64,000 nucleotides of DNA, from positions 16,416 through 80,415 of IMG/VR virus record IMGVR_UViG_3300014204_006651; one strand, given 5' to 3'. The notes under the pieces are model-generated. The model searched no databases. It was not told the origin of the DNA and saw only the letters and a program-made list of their open reading frames with translations. The DNA is from a virus (lineage: Duplodnaviria; Heunggongvirae; Uroviricota; Caudoviricetes). The number at the start of each line of letters is the position of its first letter. The first letter of the stretch is position 1. This document shows, in pieces, positions 49,700 through 58,744 of this stretch. The translations under genes were made by a program, and so were the position numbers.

Positions 49700-50467
49700 A
49701 TGTTATTCAGTATAAATAAATTTTCGTTGGGTTTGTTGAAAGATACTCTTTCATATGCATCCATCCAAAAAGATAATGACGCATTTGAATTAATTCAAAA
49801 CATTAAATTAAATATTAATGATATTATTCAGGTTGATTTTCCTGATAATCAATATTATAAAGAACAAACAAATAAAAACCAAATAGTTTTACATCATACT
49901 GTTTCTGGACAAGGTGTTGATGGGGATATTGCATATTGGAGAAGTACGGTAGAAAGAATCGGAACAGCAATTATTGTTGGTTGGGATGGTAAAATATATC
50001 AATGTTTCAGTACTAAATATTGGGCACATCATTTAGGAACACATGCCGTAAATAATGTTGCTTTAAATAAAGCGAGTATTGGAATTGAAATTGATGCTTG
50101 GGGTGGTTTAATAAAAAAAGATAATCTATGGTATCCGGCAAAATGGGATGTAATTAAAAAGAAAAATATTCCCAACACAAAAGTTAAACCAATTCAGAAT
50201 GTTCAGGAATATCCTAAAGGATTTATGGGATATTATGGTTTTGAAAAATATACTGATGCACAAATTGAATCGGTAAGAAAATTATTAGTGTTTTGGAATG
50301 AAAAATATAATATTCCTCTTGATTATCATCCTGAAATGTGGAATATTTCTATAAAAGCATTGGGAGGTGTTCCGGGTATTTGGACACATGTTAGTTACAG
50401 GGGAAATGGAAAATCTGATTGTCATCCCGATGAAGGATTGATCAAAATGTTAAAATCGTTAAAATAA
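49700..50467 (+). CDS. N-acetylmuramoyl-L-alanine amidase (Amidase_2/PGRP-type) endolysin
   Basis: IVLHHTVSGQG, later GIEIDAWGG, and HVSYRGNGKSDCHPDEG with His/Cys ligands. The promoter motif GTATTTATAGAAAAA lies at 49674. The track start at 49646 sits in the terminator, so the internal ATG is preferred. Confidence 0.6.
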   Translation: MLFSINKFSLGLLKDTLSYASIQKDNDAFELIQNIKLNINDIIQVDFPDNQYYKEQTNKNQIVLHHTVSGQGVDGDIAYWRSTVERIGTAIIVGWDGKIYQCFSTKYWAHHLGTHAVNNVALNKASIGIEIDAWGGLIKKDNLWYPAKWDVIKKKNIPNTKVKPIQNVQEYPKGFMGYYGFEKYTDAQIESVRKLLVFWNEKYNIPLDYHPEMWNISIKALGGVPGIWTHVSYRGNGKSDCHPDEGLIKMLKSLK

Positions 50468-50896
50468 ATGGGTAATAAAAAATATTTAATTGTGAAAGAT
50501 CGTGTTGAAATTTATAAAGATTTTGCATTAAATCTTTTATATTATATATATAATTATTATATTGATAAAGAAAGTCTTAGTGATGATCAGGATATTTATA
50601 ATCATTATATTTGGTGTTTTAATAAAGTGTGTGATGAATTTTTAAAAGAAAATTTAGATTTTTCAAAAAATGATGAATTAAAAATGTATTTTTATTCTTA
50701 TTATTATCATCAATTTTATAAAATTAATGGAAATGTAGTACATGATACTTCTTTAGCATATTACGAAAAATTTTGGAAAAATATTTTTGAAATAGACAAA
50801 CAAAAAAATAAAAACATTATTAACATATTAATTGAAATTTATACAATTTATGATAATTCAATAAATTTAGAAAAAAATATTTTAGAGATTGTTTAA
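50468..50896 (+). CDS. hypothetical protein
   Basis: 142-aa Tyr/Asn-rich ORF. Confidence 0.4.
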   Translation: MGNKKYLIVKDRVEIYKDFALNLLYYIYNYYIDKESLSDDQDIYNHYIWCFNKVCDEFLKENLDFSKNDELKMYFYSYYYHQFYKINGNVVHDTSLAYYEKFWKNIFEIDKQKNKNIINILIEIYTIYDNSINLEKNILEIV

Positions 50897-50971
50897 AAAC
50901 TCTTGCATTTTCACACATTAATAATTATTTTTACTAATCATAAATTATAAGAATAATAAAATACATAAATT

Positions 50972-51262
50972 ATGGCAGATTTAAAAAAAGACCTTTTAAA
51001 TGATTTAATGAACAGTAAATATTATGCTGAAATGGAACTTGTTCGTTTAGCGCAAGAACCAAACATGAATTATAAAAAAAAAATTAAGGAAATGAAATTT
51101 AAGCTTAAAAAACTTGGATTATTAAATGCAGAAATTGGTTTAGTTGGTCAATATTTTCAAGAACCACTTGCAGGAGCATCTTCTCCATCACAAGGAACAG
51201 CTAATACTGTCACAAATCCACCAGCCGGACAAGTTCATCCGGGACAAACACATGGTGAATAA
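50972..51262 (+). CDS. hypothetical protein
   Basis: 96-aa ORF. Confidence 0.4.
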   Translation: MADLKKDLLNDLMNSKYYAEMELVRLAQEPNMNYKKKIKEMKFKLKKLGLLNAEIGLVGQYFQEPLAGASSPSQGTANTVTNPPAGQVHPGQTHGE

Positions 51263-51268
51263 CATTAC

Positions 51269-51478
51269 ATGGAGTTATTAATAAAAATATTATCCGAAAC
51301 ATATCAGGCGTTATTTATTTCTTCCATAATTTTTATAATTAATATTATAATTAATTTGATTATAAAAATATATGGAAGATTTAAGTTCAATACTGAAACA
51401 CGATTTGTTTTAACAAATAGTGAAAAAATTTTACTTTGGATTTCATTAACAATATTTATTTCATATATAATTAAATGA
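51269..51478 (+). CDS. small membrane protein
   Basis: 69 aa with two hydrophobic segments. Confidence 0.35.
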   Translation: MELLIKILSETYQALFISSIIFIINIIINLIIKIYGRFKFNTETRFVLTNSEKILLWISLTIFISYIIK

Positions 51479-51954
51479 AAACTGTTGAATTAGCATTGAA
51501 ACCAATAACTGGTTATTTAATTTCAATAAATCGTAACACAAAAAGTGGTTGGTATGAATTCGAAATAGGTATTCATACTAATTGGGTTGTTGGTGAAAAT
51601 ACTAAAATTAGTTGTGATGTATTAAGTGAAAATTCTACGGGAAAATTAATTAAAGTATCACCAAAAAGTGAAAATGTTGGTATTGATGAATTAATATTAT
51701 TTGTCGAAGCAATAATTAATACAAATAAAAAAATTGCGGATAAAGAAAAACAATTTACAGACAAAATGGAACAAATGAAAGGAGTATTAGAAAAAGAAGC
51801 AAGAAAATTTTATGATGATCTTGCTATTCTTAAAGAAACATCATTTAATAATTTCACAAAATCTCTCGAATTGGAAAAAGTATCGAAAAAAAGAAAATCA
51901 ATAATTGATAAAAAATCAATTCCAATAACTGGAGTTACATCATTTGATAATTAA
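51475..51954 (+). CDS. hypothetical protein
   Basis: 159 aa. Its last 19 nt, atcaattccaataactgga, are repeated at 51958-51976. Confidence 0.45.
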   Translation: MKTVELALKPITGYLISINRNTKSGWYEFEIGIHTNWVVGENTKISCDVLSENSTGKLIKVSPKSENVGIDELILFVEAIINTNKKIADKEKQFTDKMEQMKGVLEKEARKFYDDLAILKETSFNNFTKSLELEKVSKKRKSIIDKKSIPITGVTSFDN

Positions 51955-51992
51955 ATAATCAATTCCAATAACTGGAATTATATTATTATAAT

Positions 51993-52424
51993 ATGTTATC
52001 TACTACAAAATACTTAAAAAATAAGACAGGTCAATCAGATGGGAGAAATTCTATAAAAAAAGAAACAAAATCACCATCATATCCTTCATTAGAAAAAATT
52101 AATATTGATGATGATAATAATGTAGATTATGATACATTTTCAGAGTATCTTGGAAAGGATACTGATCGTAATAAAAATAAAATTGCATCAGAAATTCAAG
52201 ATATGGGTGAAAAATTAATTCAAGAAATTGAAGATAAAAAATATCTGGAAACAATAAAAAAACATGAATATATTCCATATATATTAAAACATTCCAAAGG
52301 AATAATATCTGCTGAAGAATTGCTTTCATATAGTCTTAATGATGTTAAAAGAATTTATTTGGATGTCAAGGAAGAAAAAAAATCACGGTTTGTAAGATTT
52401 TTTAGATTTATATTCAATATATAG
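51993..52424 (+). CDS. hypothetical protein
   Basis: 143-aa ORF. Confidence 0.4.
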   Translation: MLSTTKYLKNKTGQSDGRNSIKKETKSPSYPSLEKINIDDDNNVDYDTFSEYLGKDTDRNKNKIASEIQDMGEKLIQEIEDKKYLETIKKHEYIPYILKHSKGIISAEELLSYSLNDVKRIYLDVKEEKKSRFVRFFRFIFNI

Positions 52425-52448
52425 TATTAACTATTAATTTAATTATCT

Positions 52449-53222
52449 ATGGCACAATTATTTGAAGGAGTTTTTAATAAATCCATCATTCATGAAACGT
52501 TATTTTTTAATATTAAAACAGTTTTAGAATATCCGACTCTTGAAAAATTAAAGGAAAAAAACGAATCATTATTTGAACGTTGGAAATTTATATCAAAAAA
52601 TAAATATAATGCAGATTCTATTGAATCAGAAAAGATATATAATGAAAATGCTTCGTATTATCCTGAATATTCTCGGATCGTAGCAATTACTTATGGTAAT
52701 GTGTATATGGAAAATGGTGAATTAAAAAGAACCATAAAAAGATATGTGAGTGAAAATGAACAAGAAATAGTTGGTAATTTTATTGATATGTTACAACAAT
52801 TATCAATTGAAAGTATTCAATCAAATCCACAATTTTTTCCAATACTTTGTGGTTATAATATCATTAATTATGATTTGCCTTTATTGATTAAAAGATTTCT
52901 ATTACATAAAAAAAATCTTACAACTAAAGAATTGCCTTTAATTATTAAAAATATATTAAATGTTAAACCTTGGGAATCTGGTATAATTGATGTAATTAAT
53001 ATATGGAAATTTAATGGTTATGATACTACTTCTTTAATGTTAATTAGTGATTTTCTTGGTCTAAAAAAAACCACGAATTTATTACCTGCTAATGAATTAT
53101 CTAAATATTATTGGTCTAACATTCAAGAAAAACCTAAAGAAACTCTTGATTTTGTGGGATTACAATCTGCAACACAAACAAACTTAATTATTCAACTTAT
53201 GAATGAACTAAGACAACTATAG
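52449..53222 (+). CDS. hypothetical protein (last + strand gene)
   Basis: 257 aa with no convincing catalytic motif. It is followed by a bidirectional terminator. Confidence 0.45.
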   Translation: MAQLFEGVFNKSIIHETLFFNIKTVLEYPTLEKLKEKNESLFERWKFISKNKYNADSIESEKIYNENASYYPEYSRIVAITYGNVYMENGELKRTIKRYVSENEQEIVGNFIDMLQQLSIESIQSNPQFFPILCGYNIINYDLPLLIKRFLLHKKNLTTKELPLIIKNILNVKPWESGIIDVINIWKFNGYDTTSLMLISDFLGLKKTTNLLPANELSKYYWSNIQEKPKETLDFVGLQSATQTNLIIQLMNELRQL

Positions 53223-53243
53223 AATAACATATTAAATTCTTAT

Positions 53244-53281
53244 AAAAAAGGAGTAAATTTTTAATATTTACTCCTTTTTTA
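53244..53281. terminator. bidirectional terminator at the strand switch
   Basis: AAAAAGGAGTAAAT-TTTTAAT-ATTTACTCCTTTTTT. Confidence 0.55.
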
Positions 53282-53304
53282 TGGTCTAAATTGAATAAAT
53301 ATAA

Positions 53305-53592
53305 TTATTGCCAAATTAATTGTTCAGTAAATGTACCTTCAATACTTTCAGAATCATAATATTTATCGAAATTTTCTTCAGTCATATATGCTCTTTTCAT
53401 TTTATTTTCACCGTATAGTAGATAATCGAACATATCAATCATAGTATTAAAGAAAATATATGTTCCTTCCCGATAAATATAGACAAAACTATCTTTCCAA
53501 TCACTAATGGGAGAATAATTAAGCAAGACACCTAATGTCCTGCTTTTATCTGAATATTCTTCTTCGTGAGCAGTTTTAATTTTTGTGATCAT
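53305..53592 (-). CDS. hypothetical protein
   Basis: 95-aa ORF that overlaps the end of the M23 gene by 17 nt. Confidence 0.4.
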   Translation of the reverse strand: MITKIKTAHEEEYSDKSRTLGVLLNYSPISDWKDSFVYIYREGTYIFFNTMIDMFDYLLYGENKMKRAYMTEENFDKYYDSESIEGTFTEQLIWQ

Positions 53593-54490
53593 TTTTTGCT
53601 AATAATATTGATTCTGTGGTTAAATAAGTATAAAAATAACTTAATGGGTCTTTTAATTCATTATTTTGATGTATTTCATAATGAAGATGATCACCAGTTG
53701 CTAAACCCGTATTTCCAACAGTTCCAATATAATCACCCTTTTGAACAATTTGTCCTTTTTTTATGATTATGGATGAAAGATGAGCATAAAGTGTTTCAAA
53801 ACCACTTGAATTTTTTATAACAATTTTGTTTCCGTAACCATATTTTGAATATGTTATTTTTTCAACTATACCTTTCATTGATGAATATACTTTAGTTCCT
53901 TTACTTGCATTAATATCAACACCATCATGAAATAGTTGTGTATGATAAATTGGATGCATTCTCCATCCAAATCCTGATGATATTTGAATTAAATCAATTG
54001 TTTTAATTGGTGAAATAGTAGGATAATTATTTAAAAGTTCTTTATTATTTTTTATTTCTTCTGATGTTGATAACATTTTTTCTAATTGATTAGCCATTAT
54101 ACAAGATAATGTTAACATTCTTTTATCTAAATAATTAAAAATTGAATCAACTGAAATTGTATCTAAATTTGTATATAAATTAAACGATTTAATATTAAGA
54201 CAATTAGTATCAATATCAATTCCTAAAGTTTGATAATAAATATAGTTATCATAATTATTGATTGAAATTAAATTGTTTTCAATATCAATTAATTTTTTTT
54301 CGAGTTCAACATATTTTTTTCTTAACATAAAATTTTCATACAATAAAATGCCATTTTTATTGTTGATAATTATATCATCATTGGTACTGGCACTAATTGG
54401 AGTTGAACTAAAAAAAATCATCACATTGACTGCAAGTAAAATTGAAAAGACAATTATTAACTTACGTAAAATTAAAATAGATTTTCTCAT
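53576..54490 (-). CDS. secreted/membrane-anchored M23 family metallopeptidase
   Basis: HDGVDINASKG (HxxxD), GNTGLATGDHLHYEIH (HxH), and an N-terminal signal anchor. Confidence 0.8.
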   Translation of the reverse strand: MRKSILILRKLIIVFSILLAVNVMIFFSSTPISASTNDDIIINNKNGILLYENFMLRKKYVELEKKLIDIENNLISINNYDNYIYYQTLGIDIDTNCLNIKSFNLYTNLDTISVDSIFNYLDKRMLTLSCIMANQLEKMLSTSEEIKNNKELLNNYPTISPIKTIDLIQISSGFGWRMHPIYHTQLFHDGVDINASKGTKVYSSMKGIVEKITYSKYGYGNKIVIKNSSGFETLYAHLSSIIIKKGQIVQKGDYIGTVGNTGLATGDHLHYEIHQNNELKDPLSYFYTYLTTESILLAKNDHKN

Positions 54491-54754
54491 AATAGTTTTT
54501 TTAAATAGTGTTATTTTTGGAAATTAAACAGTTAACCAACAAGTATTTTTAAAAAAATCTTATAATCTGGTGCTGTTTTTAAATGAAAATGCCCGAAAAT
54601 GTAAATTTTTTCGGGTATTGAGAAGTTTGGTACTTCATTTTTAACCAAATTTCTTATATTTGAAGGAATTTTTTGTCGAATTTTCCTTAATATTATGAAT
54701 ATGTTTATTATCATTTGGTATATATAAATACAAAAAAAACCTGCAAACACCATA

Positions 54755-55015
54755 TTATTGGGTATCAGCCGTTTTTTCTTTGTCAAATATTTTAAATTCC
54801 TTTCTACTAAGTTCTTGATAAATATCTGCAATAATTTTAAGTGCTTTTTTTATTTTTTTCTTTATTTTTTTATGTTTTTTGAACACAGGATGTCCATCAA
54901 TAAACATTTCACCAATATTACCCAATAAATAAATTCTTTCAATTGCTTCATGATAGTGAAATTGATCAAGAATTAAATTTTTATTTTTTTTCTTTGAATG
55001 TCCCATATTATTCAA
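54755..55015 (-). CDS. small basic protein (gene model uncertain)
   Basis: 86-aa Lys-rich ORF that overlaps the GNAT start by 8 nt. It also overlaps the - strand ORF 54532-54831 (99 aa, TM-containing) by 77 nt in another frame, and only one of them is likely to be real. Confidence 0.3.
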   Translation of the reverse strand: MNNMGHSKKKNKNLILDQFHYHEAIERIYLLGNIGEMFIDGHPVFKKHKKIKKKIKKALKIIADIYQELSRKEFKIFDKEKTADTQ

Positions 55016-55748
55016 TATTGATAATTTTTAAATTATCTTGTTTAAATTTCATTCTATTAATAGTTTTCTCCGGGGATAGAATAAATAAATGTGATTCACC
55101 AATTCTTTTAAAACCACAATTATTCGCTTTTGAAAATAATTTATATTCATTTAATTCTTCATCATTCTTTTTAGTTAATTGATTTAATTCAAAATATTTA
55201 ACTGCTGGAATAATATGAGTTTCAGTTGAATTATAATATTCTTTATATTTTACTGTTTTATATTTTAAATATGTGTCATAATCATTATTATTATTTTGAA
55301 GTGGTTTTACAAGCATAATTATGGCAGTATGATCATTATGATATTCTTTATAGATCATTTCCACAAATTCTTCAGTAACACCTTTTTTTCGAAATTCTTC
55401 CAATATAATATAACTATGTATGAAAATTATTTTTTTGTAATAATTAATGTGAAATTCATTATGGTTTATTAATTTAAGTAATTCGGAATATGCATCATCA
55501 AGACAATAATAATTAAATAATTTGCAAAAATCTGCCCCAAATGATATACCTAATCCAATATTCCAAATAGAGAAACGATATTCACCAATAATGCGGGGTA
55601 ATTTATGCTCATTAATTCTAATTTGAGAAATATTGCCTTCACATTCAGTAATAAAATTTTCATGTTCACATATGAGATCAAAATTTTTATGTAAAGTTCG
55701 AGTATCAAATGCGAGATTAATCCATATGTTCCAATCAGAAATATTCAT
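55008..55748 (-). CDS. GNAT-like N-acetyltransferase, putative
   Basis: IHSYIILEEFRKKGVTEEFVEMI resembles GNAT motif A (R/Q-x-x-G-x-G/A), and the C-terminus has NCGFKRIG. Confidence 0.4.
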   Translation of the reverse strand: MNISDWNIWINLAFDTRTLHKNFDLICEHENFITECEGNISQIRINEHKLPRIIGEYRFSIWNIGLGISFGADFCKLFNYYCLDDAYSELLKLINHNEFHINYYKKIIFIHSYIILEEFRKKGVTEEFVEMIYKEYHNDHTAIIMLVKPLQNNNNDYDTYLKYKTVKYKEYYNSTETHIIPAVKYFELNQLTKKNDEELNEYKLFSKANNCGFKRIGESHLFILSPEKTINRMKFKQDNLKIINIE

Positions 55749-55789
55749 ATAAACAAAGATAATAAAAATTTAGTAAATTACAAATTGAA

Positions 55790-56221
55790 TTAAGATAACT
55801 CATGAGACTTACCAATACTACCCAATAAGTTGGTATAGTAACCAGAAACCTCATTTTTATTCATAAAATCTTTTGGTTCAAGGATGTTAATAATCTGTTC
55901 ATACCAATAAAGCTGAATACCAAATCGATCCATATCGTTAATAAATTCATTGATTGTTTTGGGTAAACTCATTTGATATGTAATATTATCACCAATATTT
56001 TTTATTTTATAATTATCAAGGTAAAATTCAAGAATTATTTTATCATCATTGATAAATTTATACCAGTTAATCATATTCTTGCCTTTCCACCCATTAAAAA
56101 GCGTCTTACAAGAATTTTCATTGAATACTGGATATAACATATCAATTGAAAACAAAGTAGCAAGAAACGCTTTATATTTCTCGCTACAGTTAGTTTGAAT
56201 AAATGGGATTACATTTATCAT
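55790..56221 (-). CDS. hypothetical protein
   Basis: 143-aa ORF. Confidence 0.4.
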   Translation of the reverse strand: MINVIPFIQTNCSEKYKAFLATLFSIDMLYPVFNENSCKTLFNGWKGKNMINWYKFINDDKIILEFYLDNYKIKNIGDNITYQMSLPKTINEFINDMDRFGIQLYWYEQIINILEPKDFMNKNEVSGYYTNLLGSIGKSHELS

Positions 56222-56883
56222 AAATTTATTTTAAAATTTTCTTTTATTTTATACATTTCATTACCGATTGGTTCAAAAATGATAATATGAAAATATGATT
56301 TGTTTTTATCTTGTTTAGAATCTGTATATGAATGTTTTAAAATACCCATTTCAAATCTGCCTTCCGATAAAGGCTTGACATAGCTGCCCCAATTTTTATC
56401 TGTCGCACTAAAATAGATATCAAAATAATAATAGGCTTTAGCATTAGGCATTCTCCAATCTTCAGCAAAATAACTATAAAAATCGACATCAATAATATCA
56501 TCAGATGCAAGATTCCAAACCATATTAATGGTATCATCCAATCGATACAACCTGAGATTTCTTTTTATAATATCACCCGAATACATATTATTATATGGAT
56601 AATAATATTTACTGGTTGTATCTCTCATATATTCCCATTTATTGGCACAAAGTTCATTTACTTGATATGGCTCATATGAAAGCATATAATACTTATTATT
56701 GTCATAAAATCGATAAGTTGAAATAAAGGGATTGAAATTTGTAAAAATCCTAAAACCATTATCTTGTGATCGTTCACATAAACTAACTTTATGTAATGGA
56801 TCATAATCACCTCCAAATAAACCTTGTCCATAAGTACTCAAAGTAAGTAACATTATAATTGATAAAATCATTAATTTTTTCAT
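56218..56883 (-). CDS. secreted hypothetical protein
   Basis: N-terminal signal peptide MKKLMILSIIMLLTLSTYGQG. Confidence 0.5.
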   Translation of the reverse strand: MKKLMILSIIMLLTLSTYGQGLFGGDYDPLHKVSLCERSQDNGFRIFTNFNPFISTYRFYDNNKYYMLSYEPYQVNELCANKWEYMRDTTSKYYYPYNNMYSGDIIKRNLRLYRLDDTINMVWNLASDDIIDVDFYSYFAEDWRMPNAKAYYYFDIYFSATDKNWGSYVKPLSEGRFEMGILKHSYTDSKQDKNKSYFHIIIFEPIGNEMYKIKENFKINL

Positions 56884-56935
56884 AAATTTAACTTTTAATA
56901 TGATGGATTATACGGATCATAAGCATTATTGTTAC

Positions 56936-56967
56936 AAAAAAAGGTGTATTTTCATACACCTTTTTTA
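56936..56967. terminator. bidirectional hairpin terminator
   Basis: AAGGTGTAT-TTTC-ATACACCTT flanked by an A-run and a T-run. It lies downstream of the - strand gene 56987-57244. Confidence 0.5.
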
Positions 56968-56986
56968 TTTATAAAAATTTCTATAA

Positions 56987-57244
56987 TTATTCTTCAATTA
57001 ATTTAAATATTGCTACTGGTAATACCATAAGGGTTTTTGGTTTATTTTTTTTATTTCTTAATTCATATTCAATTAATGAAGTAACTGCACCATCAGATAA
57101 AATTTCACCAATATTTATCCAGCTTCTATCAGTTACTTCAAAAAGTACTTCTTCAGTATCACCATCAATAAATTTAACTGGAATTCTTGGAGTTTCTTTT
57201 ATGTATTTCATATTATTTAATATCAATTTTATTATATTTTTCAA
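56987..57244 (-). CDS. hypothetical protein
   Basis: 85-aa ORF. Confidence 0.4.
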   Translation of the reverse strand: MKNIIKLILNNMKYIKETPRIPVKFIDGDTEEVLFEVTDRSWINIGEILSDGAVTSLIEYELRNKKNKPKTLMVLPVAIFKLIEE

Positions 57245-57389
57245 ATTTTCTTTTCATATAAATTGTAGCATCTTTATATAACCAATTCATAAATTTTCTT
57301 ACTTGCCGACCACCAGTTAAACGTGTATTACCAATATCATTGTATCGAACACATGACTTCGATATTAGAAACAGACCAATTGATGATGT

Positions 57390-57911
57390 TTATGGTAATT
57401 TAATATTAAATTTGTTTGATAAATATAATAATGCTTCAGCATTTCCACGACAGTCATCTACCGGAAAATGGGAGTGGTTAGTTATTCTATGTTTTTTCCA
57501 TTTATAATACATATTATGTTCAGCACCGCAAAATAAATCACCAATTCTTCTGGATGACCAACCAAAAGGGTTTGAGCCATAAAATTTATGAAAATAATAA
57601 TTAAGACATACTCCGAAATCATATCCATTATTATCTGAAATTCCAATTGGTGATCCGATTATATTAATTTTTAACCAATCCGCAAATTCAGTCATAACTT
57701 TTTCTGGTTCATTAAAAGTAAGATGTTCTTCACGACTAAATCCACTAATGGCAAGTGCTTCTGGATTCCATTTATCTGAAATAGGTTTTATTTTACCGTA
57801 AAATATTTTAGATAATGATGGTTCAACAACGATTGCAGCAAAACAGACAATAGAATAATCTGGAATATAACTACCATCGCTTTCAACATCAACACATATT
57901 AATTTACTCAT
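57390..57911 (-). CDS. DnaQ-like DEDDh 3'-5' exonuclease
   Basis: Exo I is CVDVESDG (DxE) and Exo III is NHSHFPVDDCRGNAEAL (H-x4-D). Confidence 0.55.
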   Translation of the reverse strand: MSKLICVDVESDGSYIPDYSIVCFAAIVVEPSLSKIFYGKIKPISDKWNPEALAISGFSREEHLTFNEPEKVMTEFADWLKINIIGSPIGISDNNGYDFGVCLNYYFHKFYGSNPFGWSSRRIGDLFCGAEHNMYYKWKKHRITNHSHFPVDDCRGNAEALLYLSNKFNIKLP

Positions 57912-58183
57912 TTTTTATTTTTAGTATCAATTGGATTTACTGTAACAATATACATTTTTTGTAAATTGGATTTAAACATCTTATTTGCGAAAATAAATAA
58001 CATTAATTCAAATAATGTATGTGCTATTCCAAAAACATAATGACCTAAAGAAACAAGAACTGCAACAATTAAACCAAATGTTAATTTATTTAACCAAGGA
58101 TTAAATTTATTAAACATTTCTTTAATTCGATTCCAATGGATTTTTTCTTTTCTCCAAAGAATTTTTACCAAATTTATTTTCAT
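57908..58183 (-). CDS. small membrane protein
   Basis: 91 aa with two hydrophobic segments. Its stop overlaps the next start. Confidence 0.4.
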   Translation of the reverse strand: MKINLVKILWRKEKIHWNRIKEMFNKFNPWLNKLTFGLIVAVLVSLGHYVFGIAHTLFELMLFIFANKMFKSNLQKMYIVTVNPIDTKNKK

Positions 58184-58184
58184 A

Positions 58185-58724
58185 TTAAAAAGGTATTTTA
58201 CGAATTAGTGATTTAGGTATTTTATTATATTCTTTTGGGGGAATGTAAAGAACCTTTATTGTAGCAATGCGTGGTAAACTAAAACCAGTTATCCAATTAC
58301 TTGATTTAGTATCATAATAAAGTTTTTTCTTAATTATGTATCCTACAGTATCTGATTCGCTTGGTGCAATGTAAATTGTATTTAGTTTAATTTTTGTTGT
58401 ATTATCAGTTTTATTATTACCATACTTAATACAAGTATCTTTTTCATTTTTGGTTGTTATTACACAATACGATTTAAAATTAATAGTATCTTTTTTTACA
58501 GTATCAACATGAAAACTATTAAAACTATAAGTTGGTTTTTTCCAAGCAATCTCAGTTCTTGTTGAAAGATGTTTTCGTATTGAATAATTTGTGGCAAGAG
58601 TTGCAACTAATGCAACACCTGCACAAATTAATAGTACAAGATATCTATTTTCCCAAAATTTAGTTTTAAAAAAACATGAACAGATAAATGAAGTAATTAA
58701 TACAGAGTTTATAAATATTAACAT
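58185..58724 (-). CDS. membrane protein
   Basis: 179 aa with two N-terminal TM helices. Confidence 0.45.
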   Translation of the reverse strand: MLIFINSVLITSFICSCFFKTKFWENRYLVLLICAGVALVATLATNYSIRKHLSTRTEIAWKKPTYSFNSFHVDTVKKDTINFKSYCVITTKNEKDTCIKYGNNKTDNTTKIKLNTIYIAPSESDTVGYIIKKKLYYDTKSSNWITGFSLPRIATIKVLYIPPKEYNKIPKSLIRKIPF

Positions 58725-58744
58725 ATCTTTTAATTATTAAGTTT

